64,000 nucleotides of DNA from NCBI GenBank assembly GCA_963838235.1, contig CAWIQJ010000001.1, forward strand, positions 28,686 through 92,685, read 5' to 3'. Each line of letters starts with the position of its first letter. The first letter of the stretch is position 1. The DNA comes from an uncultured Pseudomonadota bacterium (GTDB lineage Bacteria > Pseudomonadota > Alphaproteobacteria > Caulobacterales > Caulobacteraceae). The translations under genes and the position numbers were made by a program. The notes beneath the pieces are model-generated. The model had not been told where the DNA came from, searched no databases, and was given only the letters and a program-made list of their open reading frames with translations. Shown here piece by piece: positions 41,561 to 51,200 of this stretch.

Positions 41561-41657
41561 CTACGCACCCTCCCCGAGATATTCACGCCCACCGGCGGAT
41601 CATCTCGCCCCAGTGCGACAAAATTCTGCCTTATTCGGGCGACGTCACGAGTACCTG

Positions 41658-42410
41658 ATGACTGCGAAAGCTTATCTGACCCGCCACGGCGGGTATCTGT
41701 CAGCCGTTTTTGCGGCCGGCCTCCTCGCCGCCGGCGCCACCTTGAGCGCCGCCAAAGCCGACATCGCGCCGGTGGCGCCCGTGCGCCAGACTCTGTCGCA
41801 AGCGATGTTGAGCGGCGTCGCGCGCATGGCCGCGACCCCGCCGCCGGTTGCGCCGAAGGTCACCGAGATCGACTTCCAGGAGCCGTTACCCGGTTTCGCG
41901 GTGAATTCGCCCTTCGGCCCGCGCAAGTGGAACGACGAGGACCGCGGCGGCCGCATCCATGAGGGCGTCGACATCGCCGCGCCGCGGGGCACGCTGATCC
42001 ACGCCACCCTCGACGGCGCGATCGTGAAGACCGGCCTGTCGTCCTCCTACGGCAACTTCGTCGAAGTGCAGCACGTGGACGGCATCAGCTCGTTCTATGC
42101 GCACATGAGCCGCACCGCGGGCCTGAAGGTCGGCGATCCGGTGACGGCCGGCGAGGTGATCGGCTACGTCGGCGCCACGGGCGATGCGACCGGTCCGCAC
42201 CTGCATTTCGAAATCCGCAAGGACGGCGCGCACTTCGACCCGGCCAAGTTCATGGGTCACGCCTTCACCACGGTGGCGTCCCTGCCGCTCGACGTCGAAC
42301 GCTTCGGTGAGCCGGCGGCCCGGCGCGTGTTCCGCCCGATCCGCGTGGCCTACCGCTCAGCGACCGGCCGCGTGCACCACGTCTACGGCGGCCGTTCCTA
42401 CGCCCCCTGA
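41658..42410 (+). CDS. M23-family metallopeptidase
   Basis: HEGVDIAAPRGT, GNFVEVQH and TGPHLHFEIR motifs. N-terminal signal/anchor. Confidence 0.8.
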   Translation: MTAKAYLTRHGGYLSAVFAAGLLAAGATLSAAKADIAPVAPVRQTLSQAMLSGVARMAATPPPVAPKVTEIDFQEPLPGFAVNSPFGPRKWNDEDRGGRIHEGVDIAAPRGTLIHATLDGAIVKTGLSSSYGNFVEVQHVDGISSFYAHMSRTAGLKVGDPVTAGEVIGYVGATGDATGPHLHFEIRKDGAHFDPAKFMGHAFTTVASLPLDVERFGEPAARRVFRPIRVAYRSATGRVHHVYGGRSYAP

Positions 42411-42491
42411 AGAATCGAAGCGGCTGAGCTTCCGCATTCGCTCCCTTCACGCCATATGCCTTCGCGGACCTGATCCCGGAGGGCAATCGTG

Positions 42492-43544
42492 ATGCGCTAC
42501 AACCAGCTCGGCCGCAGCGGCCTGTTCGTGTCCGAGATTCTGCCTCGGGGCCATGACCTTCGGCGGGGGCGCCGAGCAGGGCATCTACAAGCACATCGGC
42601 AGCCTGGATCAGAAGGCGGTCGACGATGTGGTCAAGGGCGCGCTCGACGCCGGTGTGAACTTCATCGACACCGCCGACGTCTATTCCATCGGCCAGTCCG
42701 AGGCGCGGGTCGGTCAGGCGCTGAGAAACCTCGGCGTGAAGCGCAATGACGCGGTCATCGCCACCAAGTTCTTCGGCGAGATGGGTCCGGGCCCGAACGA
42801 CCGCGGCGGCTCGCGCGGTCACATCTTCGATTCCGTCGACGCCAGCCTGAAGCGGCTGCAGACCGACCACATCGACCTCTATCAGATTCCACTCCACCGA
42901 TGTGGTTACGCCGATCGAGGAGACGCTGCGCGCGCTCGACGATCTCGTGCGCATGGGGAAGGTGCGTTACATCGGCGTCTCCAACCAGGCCGCCTGGCGC
43001 ATCGCCAAGTCCTTGGGGATCAGCGAGCGCGCCGGCTACGCGCGCTACGAAACCATCCAGGCCTACTATTCCATCGCCGGGCGCGATCTCGAACGTGAGA
43101 TCGCGCCGCTGATCGCGGAGGAGAAGACTCGGTCTGATGGTGTGGTCGCCGCTCGCCGGCGGCCTGCTCTCGGGCAAGTTCGGGCCCGGCGCTTCAACGC
43201 CGGAGAACGCACGCCGCGTCAGCTTCGACTTTCCGCCGGTGAACACCGACCGCGCCTGGGCCTGCGTCGCGGCCATGCGCGAGATCGGCGACAAGCGCGG
43301 CGTGTCGGTGGCGCGGGTGGCCCTGGCCTGGGTGCTGTCGCGGCCGTTCGTGATGAGCGTCATCATCGGCGCCCGCACCCTCGACCAGTTGAACGACAAC
43401 CTGGCCGCGGTGGACCTGACTCTCGACGCCGACGACCTGGCCAGGCTCGACACGGTCAGCGCCCTGCCGGCGGAATACCCGGGCTGGATGATCGAACGCC
43501 AAGCCTCGAACCGCTACCCGAAGCCTTTCAAAAAGGCCGAGTAA
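42492..43544 (+). pseudogene. aldo/keto reductase with at least three frameshifts
   Basis: MRYNQLGRSGLFVSE / LGAMTFGG...GVNFIDTADVYS...DHIDLYQI / IEETLRALDDLVRMGKVRYIGVSN / GLMVWSPLAGGLLSGKF...VIIGARTLDQL lie in alternating frames. Confidence 0.8.
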
Positions 43545-43617
43545 GGGGCGCGATTCGGCCGTGGTTTCGACGCGAGGCCCGGCTTAGCCTTAGGGTGAGC
43601 CTGGGAGGGTTGTCGCC

Positions 43618-44274
43618 GTGACGCCATCGCGCCGTTTCGTTCTGATCGCCGCCGCGGTCCTTGCCTTCGCAACCACGGCCGCCACGCCGGCGGAGAAGTC
43701 CGTCCCGACCGGCAAGGCGTTTCCGTACCTCGAGAATTATCTGAGGCTTCCGGCCGCCGAACGCAGCCATTTCACCGTCGGCTATTTTCTCACCATCGGC
43801 GGCAAGCCCGCGGCCGGGGTGAAGGCCTGGCTGATCGACGGCGCCAAACGCACGCCCATGACCGTCGGCGCTGATGGCCGCGTGTTGCGCACGCCCAATC
43901 TCGGCGAACTCGAACGCAAGGCTATGGTGCTGTTCGACGCGCCGCCGCAGACCAAGTTCGGCCTGCAGCTTCAGATCGAACCGCTGGTGACCCGCGGCGC
44001 CGAGATGGACGCCCAGGCGCTGGCGCTCGCGACGGTCCAGGCCGACGCCGCCGTGCGCAAGGCGGCGGGCGTGCTGGGCTTCGCCGCGCCGCACATGACG
44101 CGCGTCTATTTCAAGGATTCCACCGGCGGCGAGGCGGTGTTCGCCGACGGCCATGCGGTGAAGCTTGGCGTGCTGAAAAGTTTCGCCTTCTACGACATCG
44201 ATACCGAGCACGGCGCCAAGACCATTCGCTTCACCAAGCCGCCGTCGTTGGCGATGATCGGGCCGGCCGGTTAA
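43618..44274 (+). CDS. hypothetical exported protein
   Basis: GTG start. Signal peptide RRFVLIAAAVLAFATTAATPA. 218 aa with good GC3. Confidence 0.6.
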   Translation: MTPSRRFVLIAAAVLAFATTAATPAEKSVPTGKAFPYLENYLRLPAAERSHFTVGYFLTIGGKPAAGVKAWLIDGAKRTPMTVGADGRVLRTPNLGELERKAMVLFDAPPQTKFGLQLQIEPLVTRGAEMDAQALALATVQADAAVRKAAGVLGFAAPHMTRVYFKDSTGGEAVFADGHAVKLGVLKSFAFYDIDTEHGAKTIRFTKPPSLAMIGPAG

Positions 44275-44325
44275 AGCGGGTTGAGGAAAAGTGTGCAGCG
44301 GCTTTCCGCCCGCAACCCGCTCAAA

Positions 44326-44748
44326 TCAGACGTGTTCGACGTCGGGGTCGAACAGCGTCGCCAGACGTCCTGCGCCGAAGCCCGAGGCGGCGACGAACAG
44401 CACGCTGAGGATCACGAACCAGATCGGATGCGGCCAGAAGATTGCAAACAGCACCGCCGCGATCGCCATGACCGCGGCCGCGGCCCAGGCCGGCCACTCG
44501 CCGCTCTCACCCTGGCGCGCGGCGACATAGCCGCCGCCGAGCCCGGCGAGGATCCAGGCGATGAGGCCCACCACGATCTCGCCCACCGGCATCGGCAGGG
44601 TGCGGGCCAGTTGCGGGTTCATGTCGGCGGGCAGTTGCGGGGGAAACGCATAGTTGCCGAACCAGCCCACCAGGGCCGCCAGGATCAGGCCGGTGACCGC
44701 CCCCACGGCTACGGCGAAAACGGTCTTTCCCATTCGGCTGGCTCCCAA
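44326..44748 (-). CDS. hypothetical integral membrane protein
   Basis: 140 aa with four hydrophobic segments. Confidence 0.55.
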   Translation of the reverse strand: MGASRMGKTVFAVAVGAVTGLILAALVGWFGNYAFPPQLPADMNPQLARTLPMPVGEIVVGLIAWILAGLGGGYVAARQGESGEWPAWAAAAVMAIAAVLFAIFWPHPIWFVILSVLFVAASGFGAGRLATLFDPDVEHV

Positions 44749-44822
44749 CCCGGGGCGACCCTGTCGCGCGCGCGTGCGGGCGTCAACTCGACGCGTCCGA
44801 AAAACCTAGGCATATCGAAGCC

Positions 44823-45804
44823 ATGAGCCTGCTGGTGCGCATCCTGGGCGGCATCGCCCTGCTGGTCTGCCTGATCGCAGCCTTCGGCGGCGGCGTGCGC
44901 GCCTTCGCCGCCCGGCGTCCGCCCTTTCGCGGCGAGATGGTCGACATCGGCGGGCGCAAGATCCGCGTCGTCTGCGAGGGCCCCCAATCTTCTGGTGTCG
45001 GGTCGGACAAGCCGCTGGTGGTGACTGAAGTCCGGCATCTTCGGCTTCGCCGCCGACTGGGGCGAGGTGCAGAAGGGCCTGACCGCCGCGGGCATCCGAA
45101 GTTGCGCCTACGACCGCGCCGGCCTCGGCTGGTCCGATCCGGGGCCCTCGCCGCGCGACGGAATCGCCGTCGTCACCGACGAAGAAGCCTGGCTGAAGGC
45201 CCGGGGCGAGACCGGGCCGCTGATCCTCGTGGGTCATTCCATGGCGGGCCTGCACGTGCGTCTGTTCGCCCTACGCAATCCGCAGCGGGTGAAGGGCCTG
45301 GTGTTGATCGACGCGGCGTCGCCGCAGATGGCGTCCTCGCCCGAGGGCCAGAAGATGCTGCAGAGGTTCGCGTCGTTCGGAAAGTCGGTGGTGTTCTTAT
45401 CACGGCTCGGCGTGCTGAAGGCGATCTCGCCGTGGCAGGGCGATAGCATCGGGCTCGACGATCCGGCGCACAGCGAGAAGGTCTATTTCTTCGGCGACAC
45501 GCGCTTCAACACGGTCGGCGCGGAAGAGACCGTGCAGGCCGGCCGCGCCGCCCAACAGGCCGCCGCCGCGGGCACGCTCGATCCGAACATGCCCGTCGCG
45601 GTAATCACTGAAAGCCCGCGCAATTCCGTCCGCCAGGGCGCGATGAAGGCCTGGGGCTCGGGCCGCGAGGTCGCAGCGCTCGCCTCACACCACGGCAGCG
45701 TCGAAACCGTCCCCGGCGCCTCCCACGCCAGCCTGCTCGGCCGCGACCACGCCGCCGTCATCGTGGCGGCAGTGCAGCGCGTGATGAAGGACGCGGGCTA
45801 CTGA
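44823..45804 (+). pseudogene. alpha/beta hydrolase with frameshift(s) near 44990-45070
   Basis: N-terminal TM plus GRKIRVVCEG in one frame. The remainder (LILVGHSMAGLHV nucleophile elbow, ...PGASHASLL) is in another. Confidence 0.75.
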
Positions 45805-45817
45805 GCCCGGCTCAGAC

Positions 45818-45992
45818 GAAGAAAAGATTGCCCACGTAAAACACGAAAAGCACGAACGCGACGACGCCAACCGAGGGGCAGCGCCAGATCATCGAATGCG
45901 CGCCTTTGGCGCGCGACAATCGGAATTCACGAAGGCGCGACAGCCGCGACCTGTTCGTGTCTTTTCGTGTTTTACGTGGGCAGTCTTTCTTC
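45818..45992. repeat. MITE-like element, family 3
   Basis: ~41-bp arms gaagaaaagattgcccacgtaaaacacgaaaagcacgaacg (45818-45858) and ctgttcgtgtcttttcgtgttttacgtgggcagtctttcttc (45951-45992) are near-perfect reverse complements. Central hairpin gcgcgcc-tttg-gcgcgc. Confidence 0.7.
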
Positions 45993-46068
45993 CAGATACG
46001 CAGAAAGCCGCCCTGACGGACGGCTTTCGGAACGCTGAACCTCGGCAGCGGCGCGGGGCCGCGCCGGG

Positions 46069-46299
46069 TCAGGTGGGCTTTTTGACCGGGGTCAGGCCGC
46101 CTTCGCGCTGGGCGCGTTTGCGGGCCAGCTTGCGGGCGCGGCGCACGGCCTCGGCCTTTTGGCGGGCGCGCTTTTCGGAGGGCTTTTCGTAGTGCACGTG
46201 CCGCTTCATTTCGCGGAACGAGCCTTCGCGCTGCATCTTCTTCTTCAGGGCCTTCAGCGCCTGATCGACGTTGTTGTCGCGAACGAAAATCTGAACCAG
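46069..46299 (-). CDS. rpsU: 30S ribosomal protein S21 (apparent CTG start)
   Basis: Manual translation gives (L/M)[75 protein letters not shown]. An AAGGAG RBS lies 7 nt upstream of the CTG. Absent from the ORF track because no ATG/GTG/TTG start occupies that position. Confidence 0.85.
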   Translation of the reverse strand: MVQIFVRDNNVDQALKALKKKMQREGSFREMKRHVHYEKPSEKRARQKAEAVRRARKLARKRAQREGGLTPVKKPT

Positions 46300-46477
46300 G
46301 ACCTTGCTCCTTCAGCTCGCCCGCCGCGCGTCAGGTCCCAGGGGATGCTGCATGCGGGCGGCCAAAACAATAGTGTGGCCCGGAGGGAGGACCCGCCGGG
46401 CGAGGGCGCGGAGATACATCAGGGCCCCTGGTTTGTCTAGGCGCGCGCGAGCGCAAACGCCTTGGTATCATGGGGAC

Positions 46478-47149
46478 ATGACCGGAAAAGACGGCTGGGC
46501 CGAACGCACCGAACAGAAGGTCCTGGACGCCGCCCTGGAGCGGGCCCCCCAGACCGGCTGGACCTTCGCCCTCCTGGACCAGGCGGCCAAGGATTGCGGC
46601 CTGTCCCGCGGCGACGCGGAGTTGCTTTTCCCCAACGGCGCCAAGGACTTGGCGGCCCTGCTGTCACGCCGCCACGACGACCGGGCCTTGGCGGCCCTGG
46701 CCGCCACCGACCCCAAGAGCTTGAAGATTCGCGAGCGGATCGCCAAGGGGATCGAGGCCCGCTTGGACGCCACAGCCCAGGACGAGCCCGCCGCACGGCG
46801 CTGGGCCGCCTTCCTGGCCCTGCCGATGAACGCGCCCTTGGGCCTGCGCCTGGCCTGGGAAACCGCCGACAGGATCTGGCGCTGGGCCGGGGACGAGGCC
46901 ACCGACGAGAACCACTATTCCAAGCGGGCGATTCTCTCGGGGATCCTGATCCCGGCCATGGGCCTTCGTCTGACCGAGGGCGAAGACGCCGCCCGGGCCT
47001 TCATCGCCGCCCGCATCGAGAACGTCATGGCCTTCGAAAAGTGGAAGGCCGGGGTGAAGCCGATGGAAAGGGCTCGCGAATTCGCCCAGGCGCTCGGCCG
47101 CATGCGCTACGGCGCCGGCGAGCCGCCGGCCCCGCCGCCCGAAACCTAG
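46478..47149 (+). CDS. COQ9-family protein ('rpsU-divergently transcribed protein')
   Basis: Divergent from rpsU. KVLDAALERAPQTGWT...RERI...R...W....A motif pattern of bacterial COQ9 homologues. Confidence 0.8.
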   Translation: MTGKDGWAERTEQKVLDAALERAPQTGWTFALLDQAAKDCGLSRGDAELLFPNGAKDLAALLSRRHDDRALAALAATDPKSLKIRERIAKGIEARLDATAQDEPAARRWAAFLALPMNAPLGLRLAWETADRIWRWAGDEATDENHYSKRAILSGILIPAMGLRLTEGEDAARAFIAARIENVMAFEKWKAGVKPMERAREFAQALGRMRYGAGEPPAPPPET

Positions 47150-47152
47150 ACC

Positions 47153-47557
47153 TCAGGCGCTCCGCGGCGTCCCCGGCAGGGCGTGGACGTCCTGGGCCCA
47201 GGGGAGGGCCGATTGCAGCCAGATGTGGCGCCTGGGGGTGATCTCGGTCCGCTGAGCCAATGCGCCGAGGCGCAGCATGTAGGCCTTGGGATTGTCCACA
47301 TCGGCGGAATAGAGCGGCGAGCCGCAGGCGCCGCAGAAGGCCTGGACGCGGGGGTTGCCGCTGTCGGCGGTCTTCACATAGCGCTGGGGTTCGCCCTTGG
47401 TGACGCGGAAGCGGGCGGCCTCGGCCGGGACGCTGGCGCGAAAGGGCGCGCCCGAGAAGCTCTGGCAGTCGGTGCAATGACAGATTGAGGCCCGCTCGGG
47501 ATCGACCTCGGCCTCCCATTCCACCGCGCCGCAGTGGCAACGACCGTGAACCTGCAT
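47153..47557 (-). CDS. GFA-family protein (second copy in the window)
   Basis: MQVHGRCHCGAVEWEAEV...CHCTDCQSFSGAPF...FCGACGSPL. Confidence 0.8.
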   Translation of the reverse strand: MQVHGRCHCGAVEWEAEVDPERASICHCTDCQSFSGAPFRASVPAEAARFRVTKGEPQRYVKTADSGNPRVQAFCGACGSPLYSADVDNPKAYMLRLGALAQRTEITPRRHIWLQSALPWAQDVHALPGTPRSA

Positions 47558-47661
47558 CTTGCGTCTCCTAGACGATGAACCCTGGCTAAAGACCGAACCC
47601 AGGCCGTGTTCAAGCGGGACCGCGCAATCTGCCTCCGACGCTGAGATCAAAGGAGGAGATC

Positions 47662-47763
47662 ATGCGCGCCCTGACCAGTCTGATCGCGATCCTCTTCGTG
47701 GTCGCCGGCGCCGTCGCCGGCTTTCTGAGCCCCGAGACCTTGCTCGAACCCTTCGAGTTTTAA
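47662..47763 (+). CDS. possible 33-aa single-TM peptide
   Basis: AGGAGG RBS 5 nt upstream of the ATG. MRALTSLIAILFVVAGAVAGFLSPETLLEPFEF*. Overlaps the purK stop by 4 nt. Confidence 0.3.
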   Translation: MRALTSLIAILFVVAGAVAGFLSPETLLEPFEF

Positions 47764-48845
47764 TCGAGCGGCTTAAGCCGGTTCACATGCCCCATCTTGC
47801 GGCCGGGCCGCGGCTCGCCCTTGCCGTAGAGATGCAGTCGCGCGTCCGGCTCGCGCGCGATCTCGCGCCAGCGCTCGGCATCCGGGCCGATCAGGTTTTC
47901 CATCTCGATGCGCGCGTGCGCCGATGTCGGTCCGAGCGGCCAGCCGGCGATGGCGCGGATGTGCTGTTCGAACTGGCTGCAGGCGCAACCGTCCATGGTC
48001 CAGTGGCCGGTGTTGTGCACCCGCGGCGCGATCTCGTTGACCAGCAGGCGCCCGTCCTCGAGTTCGAACAGTTCGACGCCGAGCACGCCGACATAGTCGA
48101 GTCCATCAAGAATCTTGCGCGCGATCGCTTCGGCGCGGGGCTGCACGTCGCGCCAGTCTTGCGCCGGCGCTTTGGTGACGCGCAATATGCCGTCGCCGTG
48201 TTGGTTCTCGCCGACCGGATAGCAGGCCGTGGCCCCGTCGCGACCGCGTGCGGCGATGATCGACAGCTCGCGCACGAAGTCGGCGCGCGCCTCTAAGATC
48301 GCGGGCTTGGCGCCGATGCCGGCGAAGGCGCGATCGGCGTCGGACGCGTCCTGCACCCAGGCCTGGCCCTTGCCGTCATAGCCTTCGCGGCGGGTCTTCA
48401 GCAGCGCGGGTGCGCGCGTGCCGGCGAGCGCCGACGGGATTTCGTCCGCGCTCCGAACGGCTTCGAAGTCGACGGTGGCCACGCCGCAGTCGCCGAGGAA
48501 ACGTTTCTCCTCGACGCGGTCCTGGGTGAAGGCCAGCGCCTTCGGTCCCGGCGCCACCTCGCAACCCAACGCGATCAGCGCGTCCAACGCCTTTGACGGC
48601 ACGTTCTCGAACTCGAAGGTGACGACGTCGCTGAGATCGGCGAGCGCCTGCAATCCGTCTGGATCGTCGTAGGCCGAGGTGATGCGGTGCGCCGAAACGC
48701 GCGCGTCCGGCGCGTCCTTGCGCGGCGTCAGCACGGCGGTGTCGAACCCGAGTTGGGCTGCGGCGGCGGCCAGCATGCGCCCGAGTTGTCCTCCGCCGAG
48801 AATGCCGATGGTCGAGCCGGGGGGCAGCGGGAGCGGCTTGCCCAT
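47760..48845 (-). CDS. purK: N5-carboxyaminoimidazole ribonucleotide synthase
   Basis: IGILGGGQLGRML ATP-grasp N-terminus, ...NEIAPRVHNTGHWT..., and ATGA overlap with purE. Confidence 0.9.
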   Translation of the reverse strand: MGKPLPLPPGSTIGILGGGQLGRMLAAAAAQLGFDTAVLTPRKDAPDARVSAHRITSAYDDPDGLQALADLSDVVTFEFENVPSKALDALIALGCEVAPGPKALAFTQDRVEEKRFLGDCGVATVDFEAVRSADEIPSALAGTRAPALLKTRREGYDGKGQAWVQDASDADRAFAGIGAKPAILEARADFVRELSIIAARGRDGATACYPVGENQHGDGILRVTKAPAQDWRDVQPRAEAIARKILDGLDYVGVLGVELFELEDGRLLVNEIAPRVHNTGHWTMDGCACSQFEQHIRAIAGWPLGPTSAHARIEMENLIGPDAERWREIAREPDARLHLYGKGEPRPGRKMGHVNRLKPLD

Positions 48846-49330
48846 CAGTCCTCGACGGTGTCCGGCACGGTCGCGGTCTGGGCCGCGCGCCACTTGGCGA
48901 CGCGCTTGGCGAGCAGCGGATCGTTCAGCGCCAAAATCTGCGCGGCCAGCAGGCCCGCGTTGCGCGCGCCCGCCTCGCCCACCGCCAGGGTGCCGACCGG
49001 AATACCCGCGGGCATCTGGACGATTGAAAGCAGCGAATCGAGCCCATCCCGCAGCTTGGTCCTGACCGGCACGCCCAGCACCGGCAGGTCGGTCATCGAC
49101 GCGCACATGCCGGGCAGGTGCGCAGCACCTCCGGCGCCGGCGATCACCACCTTGAAGCCTGACTTCTTGGCCTGTTTGGCGAAGGCGTAGAGCCGGTCGG
49201 GGGTGCGGTGGGCCGAGATCACCCGGGCGTCGAACGCCACGCCCAGGGTTTCCAGCACCTCGGCGGCCGCTTTCAGCGTGGGCCAGTCCGAGCGGCTGCC
49301 CATGATGATCGCGACAGGCGGTTTGGCCAT
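48845..49330 (-). CDS. purE: N5-carboxyaminoimidazole ribonucleotide mutase
   Basis: IIMGSRSDW...SAHRTP...[10 protein letters not shown]...VPV motifs. Confidence 0.9.
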   Translation of the reverse strand: MAKPPVAIIMGSRSDWPTLKAAAEVLETLGVAFDARVISAHRTPDRLYAFAKQAKKSGFKVVIAGAGGAAHLPGMCASMTDLPVLGVPVRTKLRDGLDSLLSIVQMPAGIPVGTLAVGEAGARNAGLLAAQILALNDPLLAKRVAKWRAAQTATVPDTVED

Positions 49331-49446
49331 TTAGCCCGGTCCCCGGAAAAGGCGCGGAGTATAGGCGCCGGCTTGGCCGCCGCAACCGCCCGGCCTACCA
49401 TTCCAACCAACGCCAGCTGCGAGCCCCCCGCTGAAACCCCTGCCCA

Positions 49447-50003
49447 ATGAGCCATCCACGGAAGAAACCGAGCTCGACCGGCTGCGGCGTGAGACCGACG
49501 CCCTGCGGACCGAGGTCGCACGGCTTACGGCGCTGGCCGATCACGACCCCCTGACGCCGGTGCTGAACCGCCGGGCCTTCGTGCGCGAGCTGGCCCGCGC
49601 CATGGCCTTCTCCCGCCGCTACGGATCGCCTGCGGCGCTGCTCTATGTCGACCTCGACGGGTTCAAGGCGGTGAACGACGCCCACGGCCACCTGGCCGGC
49701 GACGCAGCGCTGAAGCGCGTGGCCGAGCTGCTGGTCGCCAATGTGCGCGAGAGCGACATGGTGGGCCGCATGGGCGGCGACGAATTCGCGGTCCTCTTGC
49801 AACAGGCTGACCTGGAGACTGCGCGGACCAAGGCGGTCAGCCTCTCGGGCCTGATCGAAGCCGAGCCGTTCGAGGTCCAGGGCGTCCGCGTGCCGCTCGG
49901 CGGCTCGTTCGGCGTGCGCGCCTTCGAGGGCCAGGACAACGCCGAGACCTGGCTGTCCGAAGCCGACGCCGCGATGTTCGTGCGCAAACGCTCCGTGCGG
50001 TGA
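49447..50003 (+). pseudogene. GGDEF-domain diguanylate cyclase with an N-terminal coiled coil; start region out of frame
   Basis: The GGDEF frame (EETELDRLRRETDALRTEVARLTALADHDPLTPVLNRRAF...RMGGDEFAVLL) is open from 49365. It has no ATG/GTG/TTG before 49560. The ATG at 49447 is in another frame, suggesting an indel just after the start. Confidence 0.7.
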
Positions 50004-50029
50004 CGAAGTGTTCGCGGAGCGCGGTAGCG

Positions 50030-50878
50030 CTACCAGGTGCGCCAATTGTCCATTTCTTCGAAAAGCGCCGTTTGGCCGGCCACGGAGGCTAATTCCTGCA
50101 GGGTCACGCAGATATCTTCTCGTTCTTCAGTTTCGATAACCCCTCCCGCGCTCTCGTCGGCATCGTTGAACCATTGGACGCAACTTTGCATCACGGCACG
50201 AACGTTTTCCTTCTTGGGCTTCGGCCCAAGAGCCTTAAGCTTTCTGCAGGTGTCGTGGATGACGTCGCGGGCCTTCAGGACGAAATCTTTAGGTGGAAAA
50301 GGAGGCGAGGGCGTCCATCTTTCGAACGGAGTCTCGGCCAGAAGTTGACTCCAGGTAAGCTTGCTAAGACGCGAGCGGTATCGCTCTTGCTCGATCGCTC
50401 GTTCCTCGCTCTGCTTCTTAGATCGCTGCTCATATTCTTCTGAGTACGCTTGGCGATCGTGAGTCCAGCGCCATTCACCTTCAGCAGCATAGTTTGCGCT
50501 GCTCAACGCAGAAAAACGCGTTCCCGGCCTGAAGCTCATTGTGTCGATTGCGAGCGCCGCCTCCTCGGACGAGACGGCTGTGTTTCCGATCAGGGTGAGG
50601 TCGGCAAGGTTCGGGTGCCGCCACTCCGCGGCGTTAACGCCAAGCACGGCCTGCTCTCCGTTCCAACCAAACCGGTGCTCTCGCAAGATGGATGCGTTGC
50701 GCGCCTCTGCTAGAGCGGGGCGCGCATTCCAGATTTTATCGAGCACCGCGATGACGGTCAGGTGCTTGTCCGCACCGAGTACTTTTATCGCTGCCCACCG
50801 GCCAGTTTCCGGGGCCGAAAACTCACTCGTTGGCTCTGTCCGGAAGACGTAGATATCTCCAGCGTTCGGCTTCTGCAT
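50030..50878 (-). CDS. hypothetical protein (orphan, lower-GC gene)
   Basis: 282-aa ORF with a charged coiled-coil-like centre (EEYEQRSKKQSEERAIEQERYRSRL). I recognise no family. G+C is visibly below the flanks. Confidence 0.55.
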   Translation of the reverse strand: MQKPNAGDIYVFRTEPTSEFSAPETGRWAAIKVLGADKHLTVIAVLDKIWNARPALAEARNASILREHRFGWNGEQAVLGVNAAEWRHPNLADLTLIGNTAVSSEEAALAIDTMSFRPGTRFSALSSANYAAEGEWRWTHDRQAYSEEYEQRSKKQSEERAIEQERYRSRLSKLTWSQLLAETPFERWTPSPPFPPKDFVLKARDVIHDTCRKLKALGPKPKKENVRAVMQSCVQWFNDADESAGGVIETEEREDICVTLQELASVAGQTALFEEMDNWRTW

Positions 50879-50918
50879 CGTCGCAATCCATCGTGCTGGC
50901 GTGCGAATGCCGTAGCGG

Positions 50919-51143
50919 CTACGCGATGATATCCGGCAGGATGCTGTCGGCCAGGACGCTGATCTCGTCGCGCAGGGCGAGTTTGCGGCGTTTCAGCCGC
51001 GCGATCATCAGCTGGTCCGGGCGCGGCATCAACTCGAGCGCCCGGATCGAGGCGTCCATGTCGTGGTGTTCCTGGCGCAGGGCCGCGACGCGTCCGCGGA
51101 TGGAGTCGTCGCCGGCGCCGGAGGACAGGTGGTCGTCGTTCAT
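50919..51143 (-). CDS. YdcH/DUF465-family protein
   Basis: RVAALRQEHHDMDASI...LMIARLKRRKLALRDEI pattern. Confidence 0.75.
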   Translation of the reverse strand: MNDDHLSSGAGDDSIRGRVAALRQEHHDMDASIRALELMPRPDQLMIARLKRRKLALRDEISVLADSILPDIIA

Positions 51144-51200
51144 CGGCAGATCGTTTTGATCGGGCGCGAGGGGGTGCGCGCAGGCCGCATTATACGAAAT

